Source of the DNA: an uncultured Planctomycetaceae bacterium
Lineage (GTDB): Bacteria; Planctomycetota; Planctomycetia; Isosphaerales; Isosphaeraceae
Direction of reading: 5' to 3'
DNA: 64,000 nt
NCBI GenBank assembly: GCA_963833985.1
Contig: CAWIAD010000002.1
Span: 4,032,001-4,096,000 of the forward strand
Part shown: in pieces, positions 23,516 through 35,005 of the stretch
Layout of the letters: each line of letters starts with the position of its first letter
Numbering within the stretch: position 1 is the stretch's first letter
Program-made: the position numbers and the translations under genes
Notes under the pieces: model-generated
What the model saw: only the letters and a program-made list of their open reading frames with translations
Databases searched by the model: none
What the model was told of the DNA's origin: nothing

Positions 23516-23597
23516 AGCACTCGCGCGTGGCTGAGCACGCGGCATGAACCGTCACCGAGGTCCCAGTTGAAGGCCGTAGCAGGGGAGAGACGCTCGC

Positions 23598-26500
23598 ATG
23601 AGATTCATCACGTTGGGGATCGTGATGCTGCTGGCACCGCTCTGCGTCGCGGCCCAGGACAACGGGGACGGCACGTACACCAACCCGCCGCTGTACGCGG
23701 ACTACCCGGACCCGGACATCATCCGCGTGGGCGAGAATTTCTACTTCGCCTCCACCACCTTCGTGAACTCGCCCGGGCTGGTTACCCTGCAATCGAAGGA
23801 CCTGGTGAACTGGGAAACCGTCGGCTACGTGATCGAGCGCCTGGACGGCGATCCGAAGTACGACATGACCGGAGGCACGGCCTATCGCAACGGCGTCTTC
23901 GCCCCCTCGTTGCGCTATCACAACGAGACCTTCTACATCGCCTTGACGCCCAACGGCAAGCCCACCCGCATCTACGAAACCCGCGACATCCGCGGGCCCT
24001 GGCAGTGCCATGTGCTGAACGATTCGGCCTTCGATCCCGGCCTCTTCTTCGACGACGACGGTACCCCCTACCTCTTCACGTCGGGCGGCTGGAGCGGGCA
24101 GGTCCACCTGAAGACGCTGAGCCCGGGGCTGGACAAGATTGTCGCCACCAGGAAGCTCTTCTACGTCAGGGGGATCGAGGGCAGCAAGGCGCTGAAGATT
24201 CACGGCTGGTATTACCTGTTCAACTCACTGCCGGGGCGGATGGCGCTGATGTGCTCGCGTGCACGCCAGCTCGACGGGCCGTGGGAGACGATCCGGGTGC
24301 TCGACGACAGGAACGGGGGGCACCAGGGGGCGATTGTCGACCTGCCGGACGGGAAGCACTACGGCTTCGTGATGCGCGACAGCGGCCCGATCGGACGCGT
24401 GACCAACATCTGCCCGATCACCTGGAAGGACAACTGGCCATTGTGGGGCGAGCCGGACAGCCCCGGTCACGTGCCCGCGACGGCCAGGAAGCCGATCTCG
24501 GGCCATCCTGTCATCGCGTGGCCCGCATCGGCCGGTTTCGATGGCCCGCGCCTGCCACTGAACTTCCAGTGGAACCATAACCCCGATGACACCCGCTGGT
24601 CCCTGAGCGAGCGGCCCGGTTACCTGCGGCTCAGGCCGACAGTCGCGCCGGACCTCTGGCACGCGAGGAACTCGCTGACCCACAAGGGGTGGGGGCCGAC
24701 GAGCTCTGCCGTGGCGAGGCTGGACATCACGCACCTCCAGCCGGGCGATATCGCCGGCCTGGGCATGCTCGGCAAGTCGCTGGTGACACTCGCGGTCGCG
24801 CGGTCGGCCAGCGGCCAGGCCGGGCTCATCCTCAGCACGGGTGTCGAGCACGGTGCCCCGGTCGCCCCCAGGGCATCGGCCGAAATCGGCAAGGCCGAGG
24901 TGATCCAGCTCGCCTTGCAGATGGACTTCACCCGCGCCAGGGGCCGGTGCGGGTACAGCCTGGATGGCAAGCAGTTCACGGCCCTTGGCGCCGAGTTCCC
25001 GCTCATGTGGGACTGGCGGACCGGGACATTCCAGGGCCAGCAATACGCGGTCTTCTGCTACAATCCAGAGCCCAGCGCCGGGTACCTGGACGTCGACGAA
25101 GTCCGCTTCGAGAAAGTGCCACTGAGGGAGCCGGCGTCCGCGCAGGGGAAGCTGGGTTCGGCGGCCTCCGATGCGGTGGCGTCTGGTGCGGTGGCCTTCG
25201 AGTCCTTTTCGTACTCGGGTTCCGACCCGCTCTCCTCGTCCGCGGGCAGTGATTCCTTCCTGAACCCGGTTCTCGCGGGCATGTACCCGGACCCCAGCCT
25301 CTGCCGCGTCGCAGGCGACTATTATCTTGTGAACTCGACGTTCGCCTACTTCCCCGGCCTGCCGATCTTCCACAGCCGCGACCTTGTCCACTGGGTCCAG
25401 CTTGGCAACGTGATTGACAGACCCTCGCAGGCCTCGGCGCTGCGAGGGATCAACGTCTCGGGTGGGATGTACGCGCCGACCATCCGCCACCACCAGGGCA
25501 AGTTCTACGTCATCTGCACGCAGATCGGTGCCCGAGGCGGCAACTTCGTGGTGACGGCGGACCGGCCGGAGGGGCCATGGTCCGAGCCGATCTGGTTCCG
25601 CAACATTCCGGGCATCGACCCCTCGCTCTTCTTCGACGAGGGACGGTCATATGTAGTCTTCAACGCCGAGCCGCCCGAGAACAGATCGTTGTACGACGGC
25701 CACCGCGCAATCTGGCTTCAGCAGGTCGATCTCCACGCCGGCACGGTCACAGGCGCGAGACGGCTGCTCGTCAACGGCGGCACGGACCTCTCAAGGAAAC
25801 CGATCTGGATCGAGGGGCCGCACCTGCTCAAGAGGAATGGCTGGTACATCCTCATCGCCGCGGAGGGCGGGACCGGTCCGGATCATTCCGAGGTGGTTTT
25901 CCGCAGCCGCGAGCTGGCCGGGCCCTACGTACCGTTCCCGGGGAACCCGATCCTCACCCAGCGCGACCTGCCGCGCGACCGCTCCGACCCCGTCACCTGT
26001 ACCGGCCACGCGGACCTGGTAGAGCTTCCGAACGGCGAGTGGTGGGCCGTGTTCCTGGGCTGCCGGCCGGATCGAGCCGGGGACGGCCTGCTCGGCCGCG
26101 AGACGTTCCTGCTGCCCGTCCGCTGGACCGATGACTGGCCCGTCATCCTTGACAAGGGTGCCGTCGTGCCGCGCCTCGTGCGGCGACCGGCACTGGCGGA
26201 GCAGCAGCCTCCAAGCTGGCGGCCCACCACGGGCACCTTCACCATCACGGACGACTTCGACCGCAAGTGGCTGGATCCGGCCTGGATCGGCCTGCGGGCG
26301 CCTGCGGCGACCTGGTGGACCGTCGACGCGGCCTCGGGCCGTCTGCTCATCACCCCGCGGCAGGTTAGGTTAACTTCCCGGACAGAGGACCCCTCGTTCC
26401 TCGGCCGCAGGCAGCAGCATGCTTCCTACACGGCACGCACAACGCTGCGCGTCGACGGCAAGACCCCGAACAGCGACGCCGGCCTGGCCGTGTTCCAGGA

Positions 26501-26837
26501 CGAGACGCATCACGTCTTCGCCGGCGTACGAATTCGCCAGGGCGCGGCGCGCGAGGTCTTCGTCGAGCGTACGTTCGCCCGAACCAGCGCGGACCGGGGG
26601 GAGACGACCCCGGAAGTCCTCTTCACCGCAACTCTGCCCCACGGGTGCCAGCAGGTGCAACTCGAGGCACGGGGAGAAGGCACGTCCCTGTCCTTCCATT
26701 ATCGGTCGAAGGAGGCCGAGAAATGGACCTCGCTGATGGACCATATGGATGCCAGGCTCCTGAGCGGTCAGACCGCCGGCGGGTTCACGGGCGTCTGTAT
26801 TGGGATGCATGCCCGCAGTGCACAAGACGGTCCATGA
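23598..26837 (+). CDS. Secreted double GH43 beta-xylosidase/arabinofuranosidase (two GH43 + beta-sandwich units)
   Basis: Signal peptide. Unit 1: NPPLYADYPDPDIIR, FAPSLR, DPGLFFDDDG. Unit 2: NPVLAGMYPDPSLCR, YAPTIR, IDPSLF, IEGPH, TGHADL. Confidence 0.92.
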   Translation: MRFITLGIVMLLAPLCVAAQDNGDGTYTNPPLYADYPDPDIIRVGENFYFASTTFVNSPGLVTLQSKDLVNWETVGYVIERLDGDPKYDMTGGTAYRNGVFAPSLRYHNETFYIALTPNGKPTRIYETRDIRGPWQCHVLNDSAFDPGLFFDDDGTPYLFTSGGWSGQVHLKTLSPGLDKIVATRKLFYVRGIEGSKALKIHGWYYLFNSLPGRMALMCSRARQLDGPWETIRVLDDRNGGHQGAIVDLPDGKHYGFVMRDSGPIGRVTNICPITWKDNWPLWGEPDSPGHVPATARKPISGHPVIAWPASAGFDGPRLPLNFQWNHNPDDTRWSLSERPGYLRLRPTVAPDLWHARNSLTHKGWGPTSSAVARLDITHLQPGDIAGLGMLGKSLVTLAVARSASGQAGLILSTGVEHGAPVAPRASAEIGKAEVIQLALQMDFTRARGRCGYSLDGKQFTALGAEFPLMWDWRTGTFQGQQYAVFCYNPEPSAGYLDVDEVRFEKVPLREPASAQGKLGSAASDAVASGAVAFESFSYSGSDPLSSSAGSDSFLNPVLAGMYPDPSLCRVAGDYYLVNSTFAYFPGLPIFHSRDLVHWVQLGNVIDRPSQASALRGINVSGGMYAPTIRHHQGKFYVICTQIGARGGNFVVTADRPEGPWSEPIWFRNIPGIDPSLFFDEGRSYVVFNAEPPENRSLYDGHRAIWLQQVDLHAGTVTGARRLLVNGGTDLSRKPIWIEGPHLLKRNGWYILIAAEGGTGPDHSEVVFRSRELAGPYVPFPGNPILTQRDLPRDRSDPVTCTGHADLVELPNGEWWAVFLGCRPDRAGDGLLGRETFLLPVRWTDDWPVILDKGAVVPRLVRRPALAEQQPPSWRPTTGTFTITDDFDRKWLDPAWIGLRAPAATWWTVDAASGRLLITPRQVRLTSRTEDPSFLGRRQQHASYTARTTLRVDGKTPNSDAGLAVFQDETHHVFAGVRIRQGAAREVFVERTFARTSADRGETTPEVLFTATLPHGCQQVQLEARGEGTSLSFHYRSKEAEKWTSLMDHMDARLLSGQTAGGFTGVCIGMHARSAQDGP

Positions 26838-26953
26838 CGCATTCCCGGCTTCGTCGATGGCCTCCAGCCCTGACAGACAATAATGCCCGGGGTCCCGAAC
26901 TGATCAGGCCGGTCAATCCCCGACCGTTACTTCCCTGCCGAGGTCGCACCGAG

Positions 26954-29273
26954 ATGAATCACCTGCGAGTCAGCCCGACCATGACCATTCTTGCCCTGCT
27001 CGGCCTCGGTTCCATCGCCGTGGCACAGGGCGGCGACACAACGCTGAGCTTGCGCTACGATACGCCCGCCAGGGCCTGGAATCAGGCCTTGCCAGTCGGC
27101 AATGGCCGCCTGGGCGCAATGGTCTTCGGCGGAGCGGCCGAGGAGCGATTGCAGGTCAACGAGGATACGGTCTGGGCCGGCGCACCGCACGACTATACTC
27201 ACAAGGGGGCCGTGACCTACCTCCCCGAGATCCGCCGCCTGCTCTTCGATGGGAAGCAGCATGCGGCCGAAGCCCTGGCGGCACAGCACTTCATGAGCGT
27301 CCCGCTGAACCAGCTTCCCTACCAGCCCTTCGTGGACCTCAAGCTCCGGTTCGCCGGCCACGATCGGGTCGAGGACTACGAGCGCGTGCTGGATCTGGAT
27401 CGGGCCATCGCTTCGGTCCGGTACAGGCTGGAAGGCGTGAACTATCGCCGCGAGGTCTTCTGTAGCTTCCCCGACCAGGTGCTGGTCGTCCGCCTCGAGG
27501 CCGACCAGCCCGGCAAGCTCACATTCCAGGCAGTTCTTTCCAGCCCCCACAAGGAGAGTCATGTCGGGGTGCAAGACGTGACGCTGGTTCTCGATGGCAA
27601 GGTGGCGCAGCGGAGTGTCGGCAGGCCCCGCATGGAACTGCCGGGCGCGATTCGCTTCGAGGCCCGCCTGCGGGCAATCGCCGATGGCGGCCAGGTGCGC
27701 GTCGGGTCCGAGGGAATCGACGTCCAGGGGGCCAGCTCGGTCACCCTGATACTGGCGGGTGCGACCAATTTCAAGACCTACAAGGACGTCACCGCCGACC
27801 CGGCCGCGCGGAGCCGGCAGACCATGGCCGCGGCCGCTGGCCAGTCCATCGACGGCCTGCGCAGCCCACGTCGCCGACCACCAGCGACTCTTCCGCCGCG
27901 TCGCGCTCGACCTCGGGACAACCGAGTCGGCCAGGCTGACGACGGACCGGCGGCTCAAGTCCGTCGCCCGGCAGGACGACCCCGCGCTGGCCGCTCTGTT
28001 CTTCCAGTTCGGCCGCTACCTGATGATCGCCAGCAGCCGCCCCGGCAGCCAGCCCGCGAACTTGCAGGGCCTCTGGAACGAGTCATTGAATCCCCCCTGG
28101 GACAGCAAGTGGACCGTGAACATCAACACCGAGATGAACTACTGGCCCGTCGAGGTCGCGAACCTTTCGGAGTGCGCAAGCCCTCTGTTCGACCTCATCT
28201 CGGATGTGGCCGAGACTGGCAGGACCGTCGCGAAGGAGCAGTACGGCGCGCGCGGCTGGGTCCTGCACCACAATACCGACCTGTGGCGCGGAGCCGCGCC
28301 GATCAATGGCTCGGACCACGGCATCTGGGTCACCGGCGGTGCCTGGCTCTGCCACCACCTCTGGGACCACTATCTCTATACCGGCGACCGCCGGTTCCTG
28401 GAGGATCGGGCCTATCCGATCATGAAGGACGCCGCACTGTTCTTCGTGGATTTCCTCGTCAAGGACCCGAAGACCGGCCAGCTCATCAGCGGGCCGTCCA
28501 ACTCTCCCGAGCAGGGGGGGCTTGTCATGGGCCCGACCATGGACCATCAGATCATTCGCGACCTGTTCGCCAACACGGTCCAGGCGGCCGAGGTGCTGGA
28601 GCGCGATTCCGAGCTCGCCGCGCAGCTCAAGGAGCTGCTGCCGCGCATCGCACCGAACAAGATTGGCCGCCACGGGCAGCTCCAGGAGTGGATGGAAGAC
28701 AAGGACGATCCCAGGAACACGCACCGGCACGTCTCACACCTGTGGGGCCTGTTCCCCGGCTGGGAGATCACGCCGGGCACCCCGGAGCTGTTCCGGGCCG
28801 CACGCCAATCGCTCCTCTTCCGCGGGGATGGCGGCACCGGCTGGGCGAAGGCCTGGAAGATCAACCTGTGGGCGCGCCTGCTCGACGGCGACCATGCCCA
28901 CAAGATGCTCATCGAGGCGCTGGCGGGGAACACGCTGCCGAACCTCTTCGACACCCACCCGCCCTTCCAGATCGACGGCAACTTCGGCGCGACCTCCGGC
29001 ATTTCCGAGATGCTCCTCCAGAGCCAGAACGCCCGCATTCAGCTCCTTCCCGCCCTGCCCAGCGCGTGGCCGAGCGGGTCGGTCAAAGGTCTCCGGGCAC
29101 GCGGAGGCACCACCATCGACCTGGACTGGAAGGGCGGCAAGCTGGCGCGTGCCGTGATCCATTCCGAGCTCGGAAGACCGTGCGAGATCGGCCTCGGAGA
29201 TCAGCTCCAGAAGCTCAGCATCGCGGCAGGGCAGAATCTCGTCATCGGCCCGGACCTGAAGCCGGTGCCCTAG
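26954..29273 (+). CDS. Secreted GH95 alpha-L-fucosidase/alpha-L-galactosidase; frameshift near 27860
   Basis: The N-terminal part has [24 protein letters not shown]. The C-terminal part (ORF 27759..29273) has [27 protein letters not shown] and PFQIDGNFG. Confidence 0.92.
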
Positions 29274-29685
29274 CCAGGCGGGACGCCGAAGCGAATTTCA
29301 AAATCGCTCGCGTCCTCTCTCGTGAGCGACTTCCTGGATCCGCCCCGGGACAGTACCCCCCCCCCGGCGTCCGATGACTGTTTCGTTCGACCTCGCTCGG
29401 AGCTCGGCTGTGCGGCCGTTCGCCGAGTCCCCCGCTTTCGCGGCACGAGGCAGGACAAGTCCATAAGCGGTGATCGCTTCGGCTGCGACGACGCCCGCGC
29501 GGATTTGCTCGTCGCCCGGTGACCATTCGTGAGAGGACACGCCCGGAATGCCTACGTGATCGCGGGTCGCGGCAAGTTTTCGGATCGCCCGTTTTTTCTG
29601 TCGATTCTTCGTACCGGGAATCGTCAGTACCACGCGGGCCTCATGGGAAGGCCTTGATTCACACTCGATCCGAGGAGAAAAATCC

Positions 29686-30217
29686 ATGAACGTTCGAACG
29701 GCTCCTGCGCTCTGCGTGACTGCCCTGCTGGCGTGCGTGGCTTCCTTGAGAGCCGGCGACGGTGCTGCACCACCGGCCGCGCAACGCTTCGAAACGCTCA
29801 AGAAGCTGGTGGGGGACTGGGTTGAGGTCGACAAGGACGGCAAGCCGACGGATCGGGTCGTTTCCTCCATCCGGCTCACCGCGGGAGGTACCGCGCTCGA
29901 GGAAACGCACTTTCCTGGCGGCGACCACGAGATGGTGACGCTTTACCACCTTGACGGTTCCGACCTGGTGCTGACTCACTACTGCATGCTGGGGAACCAG
30001 CCGCGGATGCGCGGAACCCGGCCAGGACACCAAGACGTTCGCCTTCAAATCCACCGGGGTTTCGAATCTCAAGTCCAGTTCCGATACCTACATGAGCCAG
30101 GCCACGCTGACGCTCCAGGACGACGGCCACTACAAGGCGGAGTGGGTCGCGTGCAAGGACGGAAAGCCATGTCACGAGGCGAAGTTCCAGCTCGTGCGCA
30201 AGCCGAAGTCGTCGTGA
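29686..30217 (+). CDS. Secreted hypothetical beta-barrel protein; frameshift near 30012
   Basis: GAGGAG RBS, signal peptide, FETLKKLVGDW..EMVTLYH..LTHYCMLGNQPRM. It continues in another frame as EPGQDTKTFAF..KAEW..FQLVRKPKSS, with a stop at 30215-30217. Confidence 0.65.
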
Positions 30218-30280
30218 CGGGGGCCGGTTCGGCAGCCGCTCTCGAGTCCCGGTCGCTTATTCCGGAGGAGAGATCCGATC

Positions 30281-30643
30281 ATGGCGAAGTTCATGTTGAT
30301 CCTGCACAAGACTCCGGGCACGTGGAAAAGCGCATCGCCCGAGGAAATGCAGCAGAAGGTCCAGCGCTACCAGGCCTGGATCGACAAGATCCGCTCCAGC
30401 GGTCAATACGTGACCAGTGAGAAGCTCGGGGAGGACGGGGGCAAGCAGCTGAACGTCCAGAATGGGCGGTTGACTATTGTCGATGGACCGTACAGTGAGA
30501 CCAAGGAGGTTGTCGGCGGCTACTTTGTCCTTCGCGCGGAGAGTTACGAGGAAGCTGTCGAGCTCGCCCGCGATTGTCCCTTCCTGGAGGATGGCCGAAT
30601 CGCGCTTCGCCGGACGGATCCGATGGGCTGCGGGGGCGAGTGA
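30281..30643 (+). CDS. YciI/DGPF-domain protein
   Basis: MAKFMLIL..VDGPYSETKEVVGGYF..EAVELARDCP; GGAGG RBS. Confidence 0.88.
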   Translation: MAKFMLILHKTPGTWKSASPEEMQQKVQRYQAWIDKIRSSGQYVTSEKLGEDGGKQLNVQNGRLTIVDGPYSETKEVVGGYFVLRAESYEEAVELARDCPFLEDGRIALRRTDPMGCGGE

Positions 30644-30659
30644 GGTGCGGGGAACGACG

Positions 30660-30760
30660 CTTCCAGGAGCTGGTCGAGCATCTGTTCCGCCACCAGGCAG
30701 GGCAGATGCTTGCCACGCTCACCCGCATTTTCGGGCTCGAGTATCTTGACCTTGCCGTGC
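30660..30760 (+). pseudogene. N-terminal fragment of an ECF sigma factor of the type normally encoded after YciI/DGPF genes
   Basis: ELVEHLFRHQAGQMLATLTRIFGLEYLDLA matches the start of sigma region 2 of these ECFs. Similarity then stops abruptly and the frame closes at 30795. Confidence 0.7.
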
Positions 30761-30880
30761 GCGCGGGACGCTCCGGCAAGGCTGCTACCTGTTAAGAAAA
30801 GGCGTTGTCGTACGTGAACACCGAGCCGGAGCGCCGCTCCGTGTTGATGCGCATCGGGTCCCTGAGTTGCTGACGTCCCA

Positions 30881-33800
30881 TCATTCCTGGTGCGCGAACG
30901 GTACCGGCGGGAAGGACAGGTCCATGATGAGGGCCCGGAAGCCGTCGCTGCCGCGGAGCGGCTCCAGGGCGGCCTCCATGCGGATTGCGCCGGTGTTGCG
31001 GTAACCCAGGTTGACCGCCTTGTGAAGCAAGCTCATGGCCAGAGCGGCGTGTTCGTCTGCCTCGGAGGCCGACAGGCCGGAAGCGGGCTGGGTGGCCAGG
31101 CCCGCGAGCGCCGCGTGGCAACAGGCGGTCTCGAACCACTCCTCGCCGGCCCGTGCCTTGATCCCGTCGTACAGGGTCAACGCGTGCTGCGTGTCCGCCG
31201 CAGCGCCGGCGCGGTTGCCCAGGTCGCGCAAGGCCAGTCCGCGTCTCCGTAACGAGTGGGCCAGCAGGCCCCGGTACCACGGGTTTGAGCTCTCTTGCAC
31301 CAGCTTCTCCTGAATGGCGATCGCACGGTCGTAATCTGCGCGTGCCTCGGCGGGCCGGCCGAGCACTCGCACCACGTCGCCCAGGTCGTACAGCGCACCC
31401 GCCAGGCCGACTCGATGAGCGGGGATCCCGGGGTTCTCCTTGATGAGGTTTTCATACAGGGCGAGGGTTCGACGTTGCACCGATTCCGCCGCGGCCGGGC
31501 GTCCGGTCTCGAAGAGTAAGATGCCAAGGTCCATGAGGTTGTTCGCGAGCTCGGCGCGGAAACCGGTGACACTGGGATCGCGGTCGACAAGCCCCTGGTA
31601 GATGGCCATCGACCGGCGATACTCCGCTTCCGCCTCCAGTGCCTTGCCCGATTCTGCGAGCATGTACCCGAGGTTATGACGGCTGCGGGCCAGGTCGCTC
31701 TGAAGCTTGCTGACGGCGGGGTTCTCTTCGGCGAGCTTCTGCCGGAGCACCAGCGCACGCAGGAATTCCACCTGCGCCTCGGCGGTTCGGCCCGTCTGGT
31801 AGAGCACCATCGCCAGCGCCGAGTGGCCGTCGGCAAGGTTGCCGCGGAACTCCGACAGGGTCGGATTATCCTCCGCCAGCTTCTGGTAGATTGCGATCGA
31901 CTTCTGGAATTCCGACTGCGATTCCGCGGCCCGGCCCATCTGGCTGAGCACCTCGCCCAGGTTCCTTTGGCTGAGCGCCACGTCGTTCCGCAGGTCGGTG
32001 ACCGCCGGGTTGTCGTCGGCGATCTGCTGCTTGATCTGCATGGCGGTGCGGAATGCGGCCTCGGCCTCGGGAAGCCGACCCGCCACGTTCAAGAGCAGGC
32101 CGCCGAGGTTGTTGTAGACCATCCCCAGCCGGCGCCGGTACTCGGTGTTCGTGGGGTTTTCCTGGACCAGCTTCTCGTAGATCGCAAGCGCCTTGCGGTA
32201 CTCTGCGCCGGCCTCAGCGGGCCGGCCTGTACGAGCCAGCACGTTACCGATCCGGTTGATTGTGTTGGCCAGTTCCCGACGCGCCTCGGGCGTTGCGCCG
32301 GCAGCGTCGGCGAGGATTTCCTGGTCGGCACGAGCCTGGCGCAGGACCTCCAGACCGTCAGCCGCGTGGCCCGTGCTGTAGAGTAGATAGCCCAGCCGAG
32401 ACCGGCAGTCGGCCAGTGCCGCCCGGACCTGCCTGGAGGCTGTGCCCGAGGCAGACGCCGACAGCGGCTGAGCCGCCAGCAAGAGCTCGGCTTTGCGGTA
32501 GGTCGCCAGCGCCTCGCCGGTCGTGTGGATGCCCTCCAGCAGGCTTGCGATGGCTGTCAGGCTGCGGCCGATCTCGGCTCTTGCCTGAGGATCCGCCGTC
32601 GGTTCGGCGACCAGCGCTCGCGCGCCGCCAGCACCGACCGATGTGCCGCCAGGGCTTCTTCCTTGCGGCCCACCTTGTCCGTCAGATCAGCCAGCTCGAA
32701 GTTGGATGCCGCCAGCGCCCTGCGCGAGGCGAGGTCAGTCTCCTGACCAAGCAAGGCCGAGAGCTTGCCGTAAAAGTCCGCGGCCGACCTGAGCAGCCGG
32801 TCGCGCAGCTCCCGGAACTGGTTCTGTTTCAGCAGGAAATCCTCGCTCACGCCCGTGTGAAACGTCTTGATGGCGTCGACGGCCAGATCGTAGCGCTCTT
32901 GCACCTTTGTGTTGGCGGCGATGAGGTCGGAATTGGCCGTCGCCAGTGCCGTGTTCGCCCTGGCCAGTGCGGTGTTCGCTCGCTCGGCGCGGATCAGCCC
33001 CCAGGTGGTGCCGGCGATGCCCAGGATGAGCGAGAGCAACAGCAGCGCGGCCGCGGCCACCTGTCCGCGATGACGGACGGCGAACTTGCGCAGCCGGTAA
33101 CCGGCGCTGGGCGGCCGGGCCTCGACAACCTCGTTGCTCAGGTATCGCTGGATGTCGCGTGCCAGGCCGTTGGCCGTCTCGTAGCGCCGGTCGCGCGCCT
33201 TCTCCAGGCACTTCATCACCACCCAGTCCAGCTCGCCGCGCAGAATCGCGGTGAGACGGCGCGGCTCCATCTGACGCACGGCCGCCAGCGACGGCAGCGC
33301 CGCATCCGTGGAAAGCCGGGTGGACGGCTTTGACGGCTCCTCCTCGCGGATGATCCGGATCATCTCCGTGAGAGCGGCCTTCCTGAGCCGGCTGGCGTCG
33401 ATCGGCCGCAAACCAGTCAGCAGCTCGTAGAGCACCACGCCCAGCGAGTAGATGTCGGAGCGCGTGTCGATATCCTCGCCCGATAACCCGGCCTGTTCGG
33501 GCGACATGTATTCGAGCGTTCCCACCACGGCGCCGAACTGGGTGGCCAGCGATTCATCGGTCAGCTTGCCGGCGGCCGCGGTGGCCTTGGCCACGCCGAA
33601 ATCAATCACCTTGGGTACGGGCCTGCCGTCCACCAGGGTGACCAGGATGTTCGCCGGCTTCAGGTCGCGATGGACGATGCCCTTCTGGTGCGCATGCTGC
33701 ACCGCCTGGCAGATGGGGACGAAGAGCTCCAGCCGCTCCCGTGGCGTCAGTTTCAACTCGTCGCAGAATCTCGTCAGGGGCAAGCCGTTCACCAGCTCCA

Positions 33801-34467
33801 TCACGAAGTACGGCTGGCCGCTGGCCGTCATGCCGCCGTCGAGCACCCGGGCGATGTTCGGGTGGTCCATGAGCGCCAGCGCCTGGCGCTCCTGCTCGAA
33901 GCGCTGGAGCACCGCGCGTGAATCCATTCCAGGCTTGATCAGCTTCAGCGCCACCTGGCGCTTCACGGGCTCGGTCTGACGCGCGACCCAGACCTCTCCC
34001 ATCCCGCCCTCACCCAGCTTCTCCACGAGCGTGTACCGCCCCGCGATCGCAGCGCCGGCGTCGAGCCGGAAGCGCGCCCCGGCAGGGTCCACCATCGAAA
34101 AGGAACCAGCACCGGTCTGCGGACGGAGCTCCCCGGTGGCTGACGTTGCGTCGAGGTCCCGAGGGCCGGACGTCAGCGAGATTCTCCGTGTTCCGTGATC
34201 TCGCGCAGCAGCATCGGACGAGGCGGTGAACTCGCGGGTCAGCTCCGTACCGGCTCCGTCCGTCGCGGGCGAGGTGGAATCGGCGGACGCCTGGGGATGG
34301 GTCGGAGGGCTGAGCAGCGTCGCCCCGGCGGTCTCGTGTGCAGCCAGGAGAGTTTCGACAGCGCGGAGCAGTTCCGGCTTGCCGGCGCACGCCTGCTGGA
34401 GAAAATCGGCACGCTCTTGCGGGCTTGACTTGGCCAGGGCCTGATCAAGGAGCGTCTCTTCGTTCAT
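30881..34467 (-). CDS. Hanks-type Ser/Thr protein kinase with TM segment and C-terminal TPRs; frameshift near 32613
   Basis: LGEGGMGEV, VALKLIK, HRDLKPAN, IDFG, GTLEYMSPE and DIYSLG. A TM segment follows, then TPRs in ORF 30881..32482, joined by ERLVAEPTADPQARAEIGRSL after a 1-nt shift. Confidence 0.92.
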
Positions 34468-34759
34468 CGTCGTCTCCAGCACGCCAGAGTGGGTGGGCAG
34501 CGAGATGTCCAGTGCTTCGTGTGAAGGGGTCAAACTGCCTCTTAGCATCCACACAATTCTTACGAGATGCAATTGCTTTGTTGGAGATTCCGCGTCGGGA
34601 CAGCCGCGCGATCGTCCACGGTCACTCATGACGACCAGGCCTGATCCCGCGGGCCGGGTGTGCAGGCGGTCAGATCGCCCACCGCTCTCGCGATCTTCAT
34701 CGGAACTGCGATAGAATACCTCCTTGTCGATCAGCCGTATTCATTCAATGAGGTCTGCC

Positions 34760-34963
34760 ATGCTCAGCGCCCGCAATCAGCTTCCCGCCGTTGTGAAATC
34801 CGTCACGCTGGGAAGCGTGATGGCTGAAGTCGTCGTCGAGGTCGCCGGACTGGAAATCGTTGCCGCGATCACCCGCGGCTCGGCGGAATCTCTCAAGCTC
34901 CAGGCCGGAGACCGTGTCAAGGCGGTGATCAAGTCCACGGAGATCCTCATCGACAAGTCTTGA
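34760..34963 (+). CDS. Mop/TOBE molybdate-binding protein (molbindin)
   Basis: MLSARNQL..IVAAITRGSAESLKLQAGDRVKAVIKS, 67 aa. Confidence 0.9.
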   Translation: MLSARNQLPAVVKSVTLGSVMAEVVVEVAGLEIVAAITRGSAESLKLQAGDRVKAVIKSTEILIDKS

Positions 34964-35005
34964 GCCGGGCAGGTTGCCGGACATTCGTCCAAAAGGTTTG
35001 CGGAG

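Noticed and set aside
34716..34742. ModE box upstream of mop (GAATAC-N17-GTATTC)
   Set aside because: Only 6-bp arms, and it does not match the AT-rich ModE consensus; could be chance.
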